Source of the DNA: Spirogloea muscicola | Lineage: Eukaryota | Assembly (NCBI GenBank): GCA_009602725.1 | Contig: WELB01000022.1 | Span: 659,632 to 704,322, forward strand | Direction of reading: 5' to 3' | DNA length: 44,691 nt | Shown: piece by piece, positions 1 through 12,400 of the stretch | How the letters are laid out: the number at the start of each line of letters is the position of its first letter | Numbering within the stretch: the stretch's first letter is position 1 | Notes under the pieces: generated by a model | Told to the model about the DNA's origin: nothing | The model's input: the letters and a program-made list of their open reading frames with translations, nothing else | Database searches by the model: none | Program-made: the position numbers and the translations under genes

Positions 1-439
1 GCCGCGGCGGCGGCGGCCAAGGGCTCGCCGCCGGCCGGCGGGCGCACGGCCGGCCGCTCGCCCTTCCGCTCGCTCTTCTCGTTCAAGGGCGCCGGGCATG
101 ACGAGCGCGCCGCCAGCTTCGAGCGGCAGCTGAGCCAGCCCGAGGCCGCCGCCCCCAGCAACGGCTACGGCTACGCCGCGCAGCCTCGGCGGCAGCTGAG
201 CCACACGGACTTAGGCAGGGCGGCGGCCTACGGCAGCGGGGGCTCGCCTCCGGTGCCCCTCGCGTCCATGGCCGAGGACGCGCAGCCGGGCTGGGCCACC
301 GGCGGCCGCTCCAAGTCCTTCACGCGGCGCCTCTTCAATGGCGGCGGCGGCGGCGGCGGCGGCGACAAGGACAGCCCGCCGCCGGCAGGGGCGATTGACC
401 GCCCTGCCATTGTGGCCGCTGCGGCTGCCCAAGCTGGCA

Positions 440-471
<32 letters not shown>

Positions 472-3400
472 GCCGTCGGCGACGGCGGCGTCTCCTCGCT
501 CCGCAAGGCCGCCAAGCACGGCGACGCGCAGGCGCAGTACACGCTCGGCCTCTGCTTTGCGCAGCCCAGCCTTGCGCACGTGAGCCTCGGCGCCCTTCCG
601 CTGCCCTCCTCTCCCCTTGCTCATCCCCCCTCTGCTCCCTTCCTCCTCCCTTTCTTGCTGCGCCTCTGGCGTGCTTCACTGAAGCTGCATGTCATTTTGC
701 CGCCGTGGCTGCATTACCACTTGCCGACCGCGCCGCCGACCACTTGCGGCAAAGGGGGCACCTGGTTTTAAGCTTCTCTGAGTAACACAATCGTTGAGAA
801 GATGGAGGAAGGTGGGGAATGGAATCAGGCCACAGGCTGACAGTGCAGATGGCCTCTGTCTGCGGCCGGGCAGGTCATGGGCCTCAAGGTGGACTGGCGC
901 GAAGCCATCCGGTGGTACCGCCGGGCTGCTGAGCAGGCATGCATGACCAAACCCCAGTCACATAAAATTCTGCTGTTAGTCTCGTATGTACAGTCTTGCC
1001 ATCAGTCTCAAATGTACAATCTTTTCATCAATCTCAATGTCACGTGCATTATCTGTCTCTTCACCTTTGTCTTCTGTTACTTTCGTCTTCTTTCTTCTAT
1101 CTTCTTCCTTCTTCCTCCTCATCATTGTCTATCTCGGCCTCCACCTTCCCCCCCCCTCCCTCCTCCTCCTCCTCCTCCTCCTCCTCCTCCTCCTCCTCCT
1201 CCTCCTCCTCCTCCTCCTCCTCTCCCTCGTCTCCATCTCTTCTGCCCCATGTCCCTCTCCAACCTCTCTCTCTCAAACTACGAAGGAAGCCTGGTGCTGA
1301 GCAATGGTGGCGCGCAACAGCTGCAGCGGCAGCACGTCTGACTGCTTCTGCCCTCCCTCCCTCTCTCCCTCTCCCATGCCAGGGCCTGGCAACGGCGCAG
1401 TGCGAGCTGGGGCACTGCTACTCAGAGGGCCACGGGTGCGAAGCAGACGAGCTGGAGGCTGCGCAGTGGTACGAGCGCGCAGCGGAGCAGGGCCACGCTG
1501 AGGCGCAGTTCCGCCTCGGCGCGTGGTATGAGAAAGGCCTGGACGCAGCGCGCTGCGACCCCCGCGAGGCCGTCGCCTGGTACCGCAAGGCTGCCGAGCA
1601 AGGCCACACCGATGCCCAGTTCCGCCTCGGCGTCTGCTTCCAAAAGGGCCACGGCGTGGCGCAGGTGCCCCCTCCCTCCCTCTCCTCTGCCAGCGCATCC
1701 TTCCCCTCTGCCTGTCTGTCCTCCTCTTGTCTGTCTGATAGCCTTTCCTCTCTCCTCTCATTCATCCTCCTCCTTGTCCTACCTCCCTATCTCCTGCAAC
1801 CTCCGCAGCACCCACACTCACCATAGGAGCTAATCAGCTGCCGTTTTCCAACTCCCCCTCCTCTTGTGCTCCCCAAGCGCAGAACTGGCAAGAGGCAGTC
1901 AAGTGGCACCGCAGCGCAGCGGAGCAGGGGCACGCAGATGCCATGTGCAGCCTGGGCGTGTGCTACGGCCGCGGCGACGGCGTGGAGCAGTCGGGCGAGG
2001 ACTCGGTGCGCTGGCTGTCGCGCGCGGCCGAGAAGGGCAACGCGCGCGCGCAGTGCAACCTGGGCGTGCTCTACGAGCAGGGCAATGGCGTCACGCAGGA
2101 CCTGTGGAAGGCCGTGAGGTCTCCTCTCGTTCCCCCTCCCTCCCTCACCCTCACCTTCTCTCTCCAATGACATGCAAGCGAGGCATGAGTACAGAGAGCT
2201 GACGGCTGCCGCCTCTTGTGGTGCGGCTGCTCGAGTGCAGGTGGTACAAGGAGGCAGCAAACCAGGGCGACGCGCAAGCGCAGAGCCGGCTGGGGCTCTG
2301 CTACTGGCGCGGCAACGGCGTGGAGCAGGACGCAGGCGAGGCTGCCAAGTGGTTCGAGAAGGCCGCTCAGCGCGGCCACGTGGAGGCGCAATTCCGGATC
2401 GGCGGCTGCTTCGCCAAGGGCGCGGGCGTTGCGCGCAACGGCAAGGAGGCCGTCAAGTGGCTGACGTTGGCTGCCGAGGCGGGCTACGCCCTCGCGCAGT
2501 GCACACTCGGCGGATGCTATGGCACCGGCTTCGGCGTGCCCAAGGACTGGGCCGAAGGCATCAAGTGGATCAAGCTGGTAATAGCAGAAAGCATTCTCAT
2601 ACCGCAACCCAACCTCCAACTGAGCTTACCTGTCCCCAGCCTAACAGAGCCCTGACAAAACGAGCTTGCTATCATCCCATCTTGAGCTCAATCTTCACCA
2701 ATCGTGACCTCGTTCTAACTTCTTTAGACCATGAGCCTACAGTGGTTCTAACCCTGTTCACCGGCACTAGGCTGAAGGCATCGCCAAGCTGGTAGTCTTG
2801 TTTCCTCGTACTTACAACCACAATATGCACCTGAATCAAGCAAGCCTTTCCTGACCTAGATCATTGCCCTGAACCTGACCCGACACTGAGCAGGTGGTAG
2901 CAAAAGTCAGTATCCTCAACCCCTAACCTAGACCCAGCCCTTTCCAACTAAGGTCCAGGGGAAACTGTACTCTAGACGCCATCCGGAAAAATGAGCAGTC
3001 ACAGCCTTCAACATCTCAAGGACTGGGTCGAGGGCATCTGGTTGATGTTTGTACAAATCTTGACTCATACTGATGACAGACTTTGACACAGTGCTCCTTC
3101 TCATGCAATTTTAGATGTTAATCTGAGCTACCATATATGCCACAGCTGCCACTGACTCGCCTTTATGGCTGCGGATGGTGTTGCCGTTGGCCGTATTGCA
3201 GGCGGCAGAGCAGGGTCTGGCGGAGGCGCAGTGCGAGCTGGGTCTGTGCTACGGGCACAGCGCGGCAAGCCGCGGTATCCCGCAGGACTGGGACGAGGCG
3301 GTGTACTGGTACCGCAAGGCAGCAAAGCAGGGCCTGCCGGCGGCACAACATTTCCTTGGGCTGTGCTACCAGAAGGGCGAGGGCCTGCCGGCTGACATGG

Positions 3401-5422
3401 AGCAGGCGGTGCGCTGGTTCCGCAAGGCTGCCGAGCAGGGCCTTGCCTACTCTCAGGAGAAGCTTGGGTATTGCTACGACACGGGAAGGTACGGGAGAGG
3501 CCCTGCTTCCGTCCTTCCTCACCTCTTCTCCCTCTTTCTCTCGCTCCAGATCTCCACCAAAGTCCTACCTCGCTCGCTGCCTAACCTGCCTCCTCCTGGT
3601 TTTTGCCCGTCTCGTATAGCACTGCCTATAGCGCCAGCCCCGTCCGCCCCCTGGCCTGACTACGCGCTCCCCCCTCGGCTGCTGGCATATGCAGCGGCGT
3701 GGCTAAGGACGAGAAGGCCGCGTTTGGATGGTACTTCCTCGCTGCCGAGCAGGGCCATGCCGTGTGCCAGAACAATGTTGGCGTTTGCTACGCCAATGGC
3801 TGGTGCGTAAGCTAAAACCTATGTCTGTGCTAAGCAGCTGACTGATTATAGGCTGGTGGAGTTGCCTGAGCGTGCACCCGGCGGTGTTGACAGGCGCCCG
3901 CGGCTGCTGCTAACGGTGCCGCTTGCAATTCGCAACTGCCCATTTGCAGCGGCGTGGCGCAAAATTGGGAGGAGGCGGCCAAGTGGTACCGGCGTGCCGC
4001 AGAGCAGGGCCATGCGGCGGCGCAGTGCAACCTGGGCAACCGCTACGACCTCGGGAAGGGCGTGCCGCAGGACGCTGCCGAGGCCGTCAAATGGTACCGC
4101 CTCGCCGCCAAACAGGGCAACGTCGACGCGCAGTACAACCTGGGACTCTGCTACGAGGTCCCCCGCCCTGCGATCGTAGGGGGCGCCTGCTATTGCTGCC
4201 GCCATTGATCTCCAATGGTGGCATCGCTGCAGCTGGTCTAAGTTTCGGTTTTCTGCTAGACCTTCGTGGGGCTCAAGCACTTAGACTCCTCAGGTACCAT
4301 CGGACAGTGCTGACCATGCAAATCTCAGCTGGCGCTAGGCTTTTGCTGAGGAGCTGTTGGGACTGGTTCATGCAGGGGCAGGGGCTCGCCAAGGACCTGG
4401 ACGAGGCAATCGCGTGGTTTGGAATGGCGAGCGAGGCGGGCGATGCGGACGCGCAGGTGCAGCTTGGCCGCTGCTGGTTGGAGAAGGGCCAGCAAGAGGC
4501 TGCTCGGTGGTACCGCAGGGCCGCCGAGGAGGGCAACGCGCAAGGCCAGTACTGGTACGGCCGCTGCCTCGAGCTCGGCGAGGGCGTCGCGCAGTCGCCC
4601 AAGAGCGCCGTCGAGTGGTACCGCCGCGCCGCGGAGAAGGTGGGCGCCCACCTCACTCGAGCGCCTGTCACCTCCCTTTCATGCTCTCCCTCTACACTCC
4701 CTCCCTCCCTCATCCCTCCCTGCCTACCTCCCTTACCCCTTACCTCTCCCCTTTGCCTTACTTCTCAACGTCCTTTCCAGTGTTACCTGCTGCCCTGCCA
4801 ACCTCTTTCTGCTTCACTAGCTCACTCCTGAACATCCTTTGCTGGCGCTCCGTCCCCTCCTCCTGATCGCTCCTGCAGGGTGATGCGGACGCGCAATATG
4901 CGCTGAGCTTGTGCTTCTGGGAGGGTAACGGCGTGGACGAGGACTTGCCTGTGGCACTCGTGTGGCTGCAGAAGGCGGCGGCCGGGGACCATGTCGAGGC
5001 CCGCCAGACCCTGTTGAATTTTGTCGCCGAGTGGGGGCAACGCCCCGACGACCTTTCGCCCGACAATATAGCCGCCGCTGCTGAGAAGCGTGCCGCTGCT
5101 GCGGCTGGGGGCCACCTGCTCGCCAACGCGAAGGTCCAGGTAAATAGTAGCGCTGGGGCTGAGGTTGCTTCCAGTTGTGGCCTACACTGATGGCATGGTT
5201 GCTTATGATATCCTGAGCGCTGGCCACCTGGCTGACTTGTGGATGCTGGCGCTCGACGTGCAGGTGGAGAAGAGCAAGCTGCAGCGCACCAAGTCGGAGG
5301 CAGCGGCGCCTCTGGCGCCGGCTGGTGGCCTGCAGCGGGCGCCGTCCACGGCCGAGGCGGCCGCTGGCTCGCCAGGCGACGCCTGGGCCTTTGGGGCGAG
5401 CCTGGATTACCTCTTGGACTAG
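1..5422 (+). CDS. Sel1-like repeat (SLR) protein, ~18 tandem repeats, 5'-partial; 11 exons visible
   Basis: Spliced exons <1-579, 874-936, 1383-1664, 1883-2118, 2241-2577, 3202-3488, 3695-3802, 3950-4157, 4376-4639, 4879-5139 and 5264-5422 join in frame. They give repeated units of the SLR consensus G(H/D)AxAQxxLGxCYxxGxGVxxDxxEAVxWYRxAAEQ. The N-terminus is Gly/Ala/Ser-rich; the stop is TAG at 5420-5422. Confidence 0.92.
1159..1221 (+). repeat. (CCT)n microsatellite, ~21 units, in intron 2 of the Sel1 gene
   Basis: Directly visible perfect CCT run embedded in a longer CT-rich tract. Confidence 0.95.
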
Positions 5423-5892
5423 GACCGCACAGGCATTCCAAGTCGCTCCTTGAGCAAAGTGGGGAGGAGAACAGATGGAGCGAGGTAGGGAGAGAATTAG
5501 CATGTCTTCTAACCGTCACTTGTGCTCCCACACAGAAATGTTGCATTTAATTATCTGTTGGTGCAGTGCAGTCGAAGGCATAACAGCCTCAAACTTGGCA
5601 CGACCAGTATCTTGTAACTTCATGTAATTTATGAACGCCCCTTGCTGGGCCCCCGCCAGTCCTCTCCTTGCTTATATACAGTGCCAGCCAGTGCTCATGT
5701 AGTGCAATTTGCACTACCTCCCATGTCGGGATAAGGCACCCTCAGTGACCTTCAACCAGCGCGCTTGCTAAGGCCGCATGACATGAGCATGTATGTCAAT
5801 TGTTGGGCGCAGAAGTAAGCGCAAAAGTAAGTCTTCTCATAAGCCGATGTTGGACTGTAGAGACGTTGTAAAGTCACCTAGGGGACGCCTGC

Positions 5893-8682
5893 TCACGAGT
5901 GCGCAATCTCCTGGAGTACGGCCAGGACTTCCTCTCGGATCTGTAGATGCGGCGAGGACTGCTGGCAGCATTAGGAGCTGGCTCTGCAGTTCAGCATCTT
6001 AGCGGCTATTCATTGCCGGCCGCGTCTCAGCAACCAAGTGTCCAAGAAACGCCAGGCATCAGAGCTTGAGAGACCTTATTGCACACTCCAGATGTTTTTA
6101 ATTGCAGCATAATCTAATAGGATGAGGGCCAACTATTGCTACTTATATCCTTGAATTGAGGTCCAGGTTTTGAGGAGCCAAGCCAATGGTCTTAAAATCT
6201 GGGGATCACGGTGTAGGCCTTTAGGAACTTACGAATTCCAGCTGTTGCACGGTCACGCCGCGAGCCGAGCCGCTGCTATACAGGCCGCCCAGCACCTGGA
6301 TAGCAGATGCAGAGCCAGCAGCCGAATTATGGCAGGACCCCAATCAAGGAGCTGCAGGAGCGTGCGTTCATGTAGCATCTCTGCAGTCCCTCTCCTGATC
6401 AAGCCTCAATGCATTATGGGTTGTGTTGCAGATGGCAGCACAAGACAGGTCCCCACCTTTGTCACCGTGTCGAGGAACAAGCCAGGCCGCACCGGCAGCG
6501 TGCCCTCGCCCTTGGCCGCGGCCGCACTGTGCGGCGGGGCGTCACTAACGCCGGGTCTTCCTGTTGACGGCCCTCTGCTCGGCGGGCTGTGGGGCCGGTC
6601 GGCCGCAGAGCCAGCTTCACTGCTGTTGCCTCCTGGCCGGTCCTCGCCGTCGTCCTTGCCCTCCATGACCCTCCGCAACTGTGTACGCAGCGCCGGCCCG
6701 GGCCGCATGCCGACGACCTTGGCCAGGAAGTCCACCTGACAGAGCAGACGCGATGCGAGCGGCCGTCAGCAGCTTGTGGTGCCTCGCAACGAGCGGCGAC
6801 TGCTGGGGAAGTCGAGAGGCCTGCTTGAGATCTACCTCAGGTTGGGCTAGGGACTGGAGGCCGCGGGTGTCGTTGCGCGGGTCCAGATGGCCTCCTGCGG
6901 CGAGCGACCGCGCCTCCTCGCGCACGAGGACCAGCCGTGCCAATAGGCGCCGGTCGGGCACCGCCTGTCGCTCCTCCATAGACTGCAGCAACAACAGTGC
7001 ACGCCGCAATACAGCAATCAGTTAACTAAATTTCCTGGAGTGATGACAGGGCATGATGCGTATAGTCAGTTTCTGCAAGTGGCAGTTCTCAGAAGCACAA
7101 ATACTTGTGGAAGTTGCAACGAGACCACTATGCACTTGTCCTCCTTACAGCTAGCTCTTCAAATGTAGACCTCTCCATTTGCACATATTACTGATACTCC
7201 CATCTGTCTAATCTGTTGGTAGCCTTCCTGCAGCAGCTCTGGTATCTCAACTTAACACCTGTGGACAGTAGAGCTCGTCGCAATTGACCCATTTCGAGCC
7301 ACAAAGCCGTGTACCTGCCCTGCAGGACAGAAGGAGGAAGAGTTTGTCATGCTCACAGAGACGACGTCGTCCGCCTGGGCGGCAACATCTCCCAGCTTTG
7401 CGGCCGGAATCTCGAACTTGCCGCCACCCACTGCATCATAGACGCCACCGCCGCCTGCGGCACGGCACAGCACCTCACGCCTCTCCTCCTTGTCCTTGGT
7501 GCGACACAACAGGCCGACGACTTGGACCTGTGACAGACATGACAGTAATTTAGCAGATTTACATCGTTACATTGTTGCATTCACATCTGCATGCGATGGT
7601 GGCTTGAAGTCCAGATAGCTGCTGGACGAAGTCATTGACGGGCAGCTGGCAGAGCACAAGGTCCTGTAATTGTCTATTTGGAAAATTAGACCAAGAGATC
7701 ACCGTAGCTGAGACCATGATATGGTAAGCTCCGCAACTATAACTATTTGTATGCAGCTACAAGCTCAAGTCGAGCAGTGCCGCGGAGCTTGCCTGGGAGG
7801 GGAACTTGTTGGAGAGCTGTGCAAGGACCTGGTCCTTGAGGACCTGCAGCAGCCACTCTCGCTGCGCAACGCCGGGCACGACAGCCGAGCCAGCCAGGCG
7901 TCCAGAGTCAGCCCAAAACCCAAACCATTGCACTTGAAACCCAACCCCTAATTCCTTAAAACCTCTATCCCAGCCCCCAAGTCCATGTAACTCTGGAACG
8001 TGGTGGCACTGGCCAGATGGTCGCAGGTTTGGGACCCGAATGTATCCACCTTGTCGTCGTGGTCCTTCTGGGCCTGGTGGAGCATGAAGTCCAGCGCCAG
8101 GAGGAACGCGCGGTCCAGCACCTCGATATGCGCGCCGACGGCGCCGGCTGCCGCCATCTGGACTGCCGCCGCCTCCGCATCGGCCAGGTCCGAGATGTCC
8201 GCCAGCTGCAGCCGCCGCCAAAAATGGCAATGGTGCTCGCCGAGAGCGTCTCAGTGGGCTCTAGGTGTTCAGGGTTTAAGGTTTTGAGGGTTTAGTGGAG
8301 GGGAAGCCATGGTGAGCCAATGCCTGGACATGGGCTGCGGCTTGTAAGACGCCTCTGAGACGATGCCGCGAGGCCAACGGCGTTGAGGGCGCCCGTCGTC
8401 GAGGCGGCTTACTCACGTAGTCGGTCATCTGCTGCAGCACGGCCGTGACCTGGTCGCCGCCGCGGAGCAGCTCCCGCCATGCCGCGTGGTCCGACGGGCT
8501 GGGCCCCGCAGCCGCCTCCGCCGCTCCGGCAGNGGCGCCGTATGCGGCGGCTGCCGCCGGCGGCATTGGCCAGCCGCTGCCGCCGATCGCGAAGGAACGG
8601 CGGCGATTTGGAGAAGCGCCGGCGGCACGGCGGAGCTGGCGACGGCCGTGGCGCCGCTCGGCGGCTGTGCCTGAACCAGCAT
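5893..8682 (-). CDS. PRDA1: PEP-RELATED DEVELOPMENT ARRESTED 1 homologue (plastid nucleoid/transcription-associated protein)
   Basis: Exons 8682-8417 (N at 8533 breaks the frame), 8205-8050, 7861-7793, 7527-7357, 6982-6836, 6735-6457, 6295-6233, 5940-5893. The peptides LLRGGDQVTAVL, VQVVGLLCRT, PDRRLLARLVLVREEAR, LPVRPGLFLDTVTKVLG and VLQEIAH match Arabidopsis PRDA1 as I recall it. The Ala/Ser/Pro-rich N-terminus resembles a transit peptide; the exact start is uncertain. Confidence 0.88.
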
Positions 8683-8866
8683 GGCAGGCAGCGCGCTGGC
8701 CCTTGCCGCGCCGCCGCCGGCTTCCTGTGGGCTTTCTGTCGGAGCTGAGGAAACTGGAACTTGAGGCAAGAGGAAAGAGAGCAGCATATCCTGTCTACCC
8801 CTAGATGTGGAGTCAACGTCAAAGTCCAAGTCTACGTGAGAGAGAATCTCTTCCAGTAGAGGGGCG

Positions 8867-8940
8867 ATGGCTGTCGGCTGTGACTGGCCAGCCCAGAGAA
8901 GAAAGGAGGTGAGCAAGTGCCAAAGGGGCCAGAATGGCAC
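8867..8940 (+). repeat. Degenerate copy of the dispersed GGCTGTGAGAGGCCAGCCC repeat
   Basis: ggctgtgactggccagcccag at ~8876-8896, followed by a purine-rich tail resembling the reverse complement of ~30440-30514. Confidence 0.55.
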
Positions 8941-9456
8941 TAAGCACACAGCGACTCCAGTGGCCTATGGGTGCTTGATATTCCCTGTCGAGCAGCCGCA
9001 TGTCAGAGAAAGTAGTCTCCGGGTTGCAAGTTCCCTGTCAAATTCAAGTCGCATATTGCCTCTAAAGCCCACAGGGACTCATCCAGGCCGCAAGTGGAGG
9101 ACTTCATATCGATGCAGCCCTCCCAAATCGTAGACACTGCAGGGGCGTGGCCTGGCTAGCTCGGGACGTCGAGGCGGCCTGCTTCCGTCTTCACAGCAGT
9201 TTCGCAGCGACTGGAAGCAACTGACCAGTAACAAGGCAAGCAAGCAGCATATGGACAAGCAGGTGGATGAGGCTGCAAGCAGAGTTGCTGTTCTTTCCAG
9301 ACTAGCCATCTGTCTCAATATTCAACTGGCTGCCTTCACATCTTGCACGATGTCTGACCACGATTGTATCTACCACAGCAGGCTGCTCTCCGTTCTGCTG
9401 GCCGACCAGCTGAGAAAGTTAGTTGCAAGGCTCAGCTGCTGCCACTCTCAAGTCAG

Positions 9457-12400
9457 CTATTGGGGGGTATGAAAGTGGACATAGAAAGTGCGAATCTCCA
9501 TCGGGCCAAGCTCAATCACAAATTTCCCCCTTGCCCCATTGTCATTGTCCTCAAGTGGCCGGCCTCGTAGGGGTTTCCGTGTGGCAGCCGCAGCGTCACC
9601 GCTGTCGCCGCGGCGCATGTCCTCTTCCACTCGCCAGCGGAGGGGCTTCCTGCCTTCCTTTCTCCGTCTCCCAGTCAGGTTGAGCTCCTCGATCTTTTGC
9701 ACCTGAGCAGCAAACAAGCATACAACTTAGCAGAGATACGTACAGCAACATAAACTGCAGGAGGTGCTATATAGTAGAATCTTGACAGCCTCCATGTCAA
9801 GCTTGACAAGGCTAACAAATGAAAACAAGCACCACCTTTGTCTGTCTACAACTGACAAGTGGTTGAAGGGCTGGTGACTGACCTGGCGGCTTGCAAACAC
9901 TTCAGCAATGTCCACGTTGGCCAATCTGGAAAGCTCTTCGCTCTCATCAACCTACAACAGCAGGACGTGGCCGGTAAGATGTATACATGTGTGTATAGAG
10001 AAATTTGTGCTCGCTCAAAGTTCTTGTGCTGATTGCAGGCCTACAGACTTTAACACACTTGGCGTCATTGGTTGCTCTCCCCATTGATAGTGCTTAGAGA
10101 GCATATCGTGCAGTCTGAGTGAGACCTCAAAGAGATGAGCCAAGCGCAGGAGAACAACTTTCTCCTCCACCTCCTACAAAGTCCAGCCACAGATGATGAG
10201 GGAGGAAGATAGCATTCGATGCTGCTCATCTTCAAGACTATCACAACAATGGCAATTGCAATTGCACTTGCAGATGCTTCTCACAAACATCTGCTCAATC
10301 CATCCAGAAGCGAACAGCAACTATTCTAATTTGGAAAATGGCAAGCGCGGTTGCAGCAGGAATGGCAGCTTCGCCCACCTGAAGCGTAAGAATAGCTACA
10401 TTCTTTGGAAGCTCAAAGTCTGCAGAGCCAAAGACTGATCGGGAGCTAGAAACCACATCCCAGGAGAAGGGTAGGGACCCCTCATCTCCAGATTGCTGGC
10501 AAGGCCACATGCACATGTTGGCATGTATGAATCTCCAAACGCAAAGTACATCTTGATGGCAATCGCCAAGCTTGTCTACATTCTTGGAGCAAATAGATTT
10601 GTCTTCTTACATGTCGTGTGAAAGCAAGAAGAAGTGGTGAGTATAGTCTCTGTGCAAATTGGCGGCGCCACACAGCTGCATCTGCCTGCCGACCCGCATG
10701 CACATAAAATATTCCTCGGACCTGCACAGGCACAACTTAGTCAAGGGCACATGCACACAACACGCTTCATGACTTGCAAGCTTAACCTGCTGCAAGTGGT
10801 CAGGCAGCTTGCTGCTGCCATAAGACTGGCAAGTGTTTTGGAGCATGGACTTATATACCATAAGCCCCTCACAGACTGGAGGCTCCATGGTGCACGTGGT
10901 CTCATTGAGGCTCTCTCCAACGCCACGGTGATCATCATGAAGGAGCCGCCTGTAATTGAATCGGTGGAACTAAGTACTCTTCACCGAAGAAGAGAGTAGC
11001 TAATGATATCCATAGAAGTCCTCCTGACACATGCTACCAAAAGTTGCTTATACTTGCACGTCACACAGCCAGCTCAGACATGTAGCCATTTCATAGAAAC
11101 GAGGTCTCACCTATGGAGCATGAGCTCAAGCTGACCATCTTTCAGGCTAGTTCCTCCCAAAGAGCGATCGGTCAGGATTGACAACTCCAGGTCCTTGTCT
11201 GTATCAGAAATGTATATGCCTGCATTCACCTGCTTTGCAGCATCATGAAGGATGAATGAGTAAACCAGGCCACTTGTGCTCTGCGGAACTACTGGCTTAA
11301 AGGCAGTACTTATTTTTGCCATGATCTATCAATGACATCATATGGCCTTACTGGGTAGTAATTCCCAGCAACAGGCTGCGTCACATTCAGCTTCCAGTCC
11401 TCACGGTAATTCAGTACCTGTTATTGTCAGCATTCTCAGCACACGTTAATCAAGTAGAGGAGAACCAATTTCAGCATCTGCGGAACTGGACAATCTTCAG
11501 TGGCCCCTGCTTCATGAACTTTCAATCAAAGAAGTACAATGAAGCCATTCTTAAGGGGCTCTGCATATGTTTCATAACAATCTGGTCAAGACGTCCCGAG
11601 GCATACTGGCAGGAATGCAATCCACAAGCCGTCAGCAAAAAATGTACATGCTGATATTCATGCACAGATAGCTCTACTCACTCGCTTGATGTAGTCCCGG
11701 CCGTTGGAGTCAGTGTAGAAAACATTCTCAGTGTCCATATTTGTTGTCAACCGTGTGATGACCTCCTTTCCCAGGTTGTCATCGATTGGAATTGGGCCAA
11801 CCTGGCCGACATGCCTCCGTGACTTTCAGAACAAGATTGTCAAAGATATGAGAGCAGAATAGCATACCCATCAAGCACAGCTGCCCAGACAGGCTAGTGA
11901 GGAAGGTGACCAGGCCGTTTGTCTTGGCAAATTTTCAGTGCAACGTGCCTAGTTGCTCTTTTGCAGGTTCAACGTAGAAGTGCTGGAGGAATGCCCACCA
12001 AGAGGCACAAACGTGTATACACAAATCGCATTGTGTGCATCACCAATGTTTACGAATCAATTTGCCATCAAATGCAGCTCGACAAGGTGACCAAACCATA
12101 CCGTGTATTCTACCTCGGCATGATCCTCTCCACTGTGCACTCTAACAACCTGCACATAAGCAGCACCACAAGCTGAGCACTCATGAGAGGACATGGGGGT
12201 CCACACGGGAAGCGCTGAGGCTGAGCCTGCTAACAGTGGCCTTTTGCAGCTCCCGTTCATTGCTGACAGAAACATTGTCACTGGACGTAGTAGGCATGCC
12301 TAGTTGCAATACATACAGGCAATCTGCTCGTGAAAAAAGCACAAGCTTCATCTTCTCTCAACATCCATTGGCTTCCAGAACTCTGCCAAAAGCGAAACAC

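Noticed and set aside
1383..4990. Periodic ~108-bp repeats resembling a CRISPR-like or other DNA repeat array
   Set aside because: They are conserved at the protein level (SLR units) with synonymous variation. There is no identical repeat-spacer structure and no cas genes.
211..5546. Numerous long overlapping and antisense ORFs over the Sel1 gene
   Set aside because: They are shadows of GC-rich exons and low-complexity introns (poly-P/S/L from the CCT run). The spliced + strand model explains the region.
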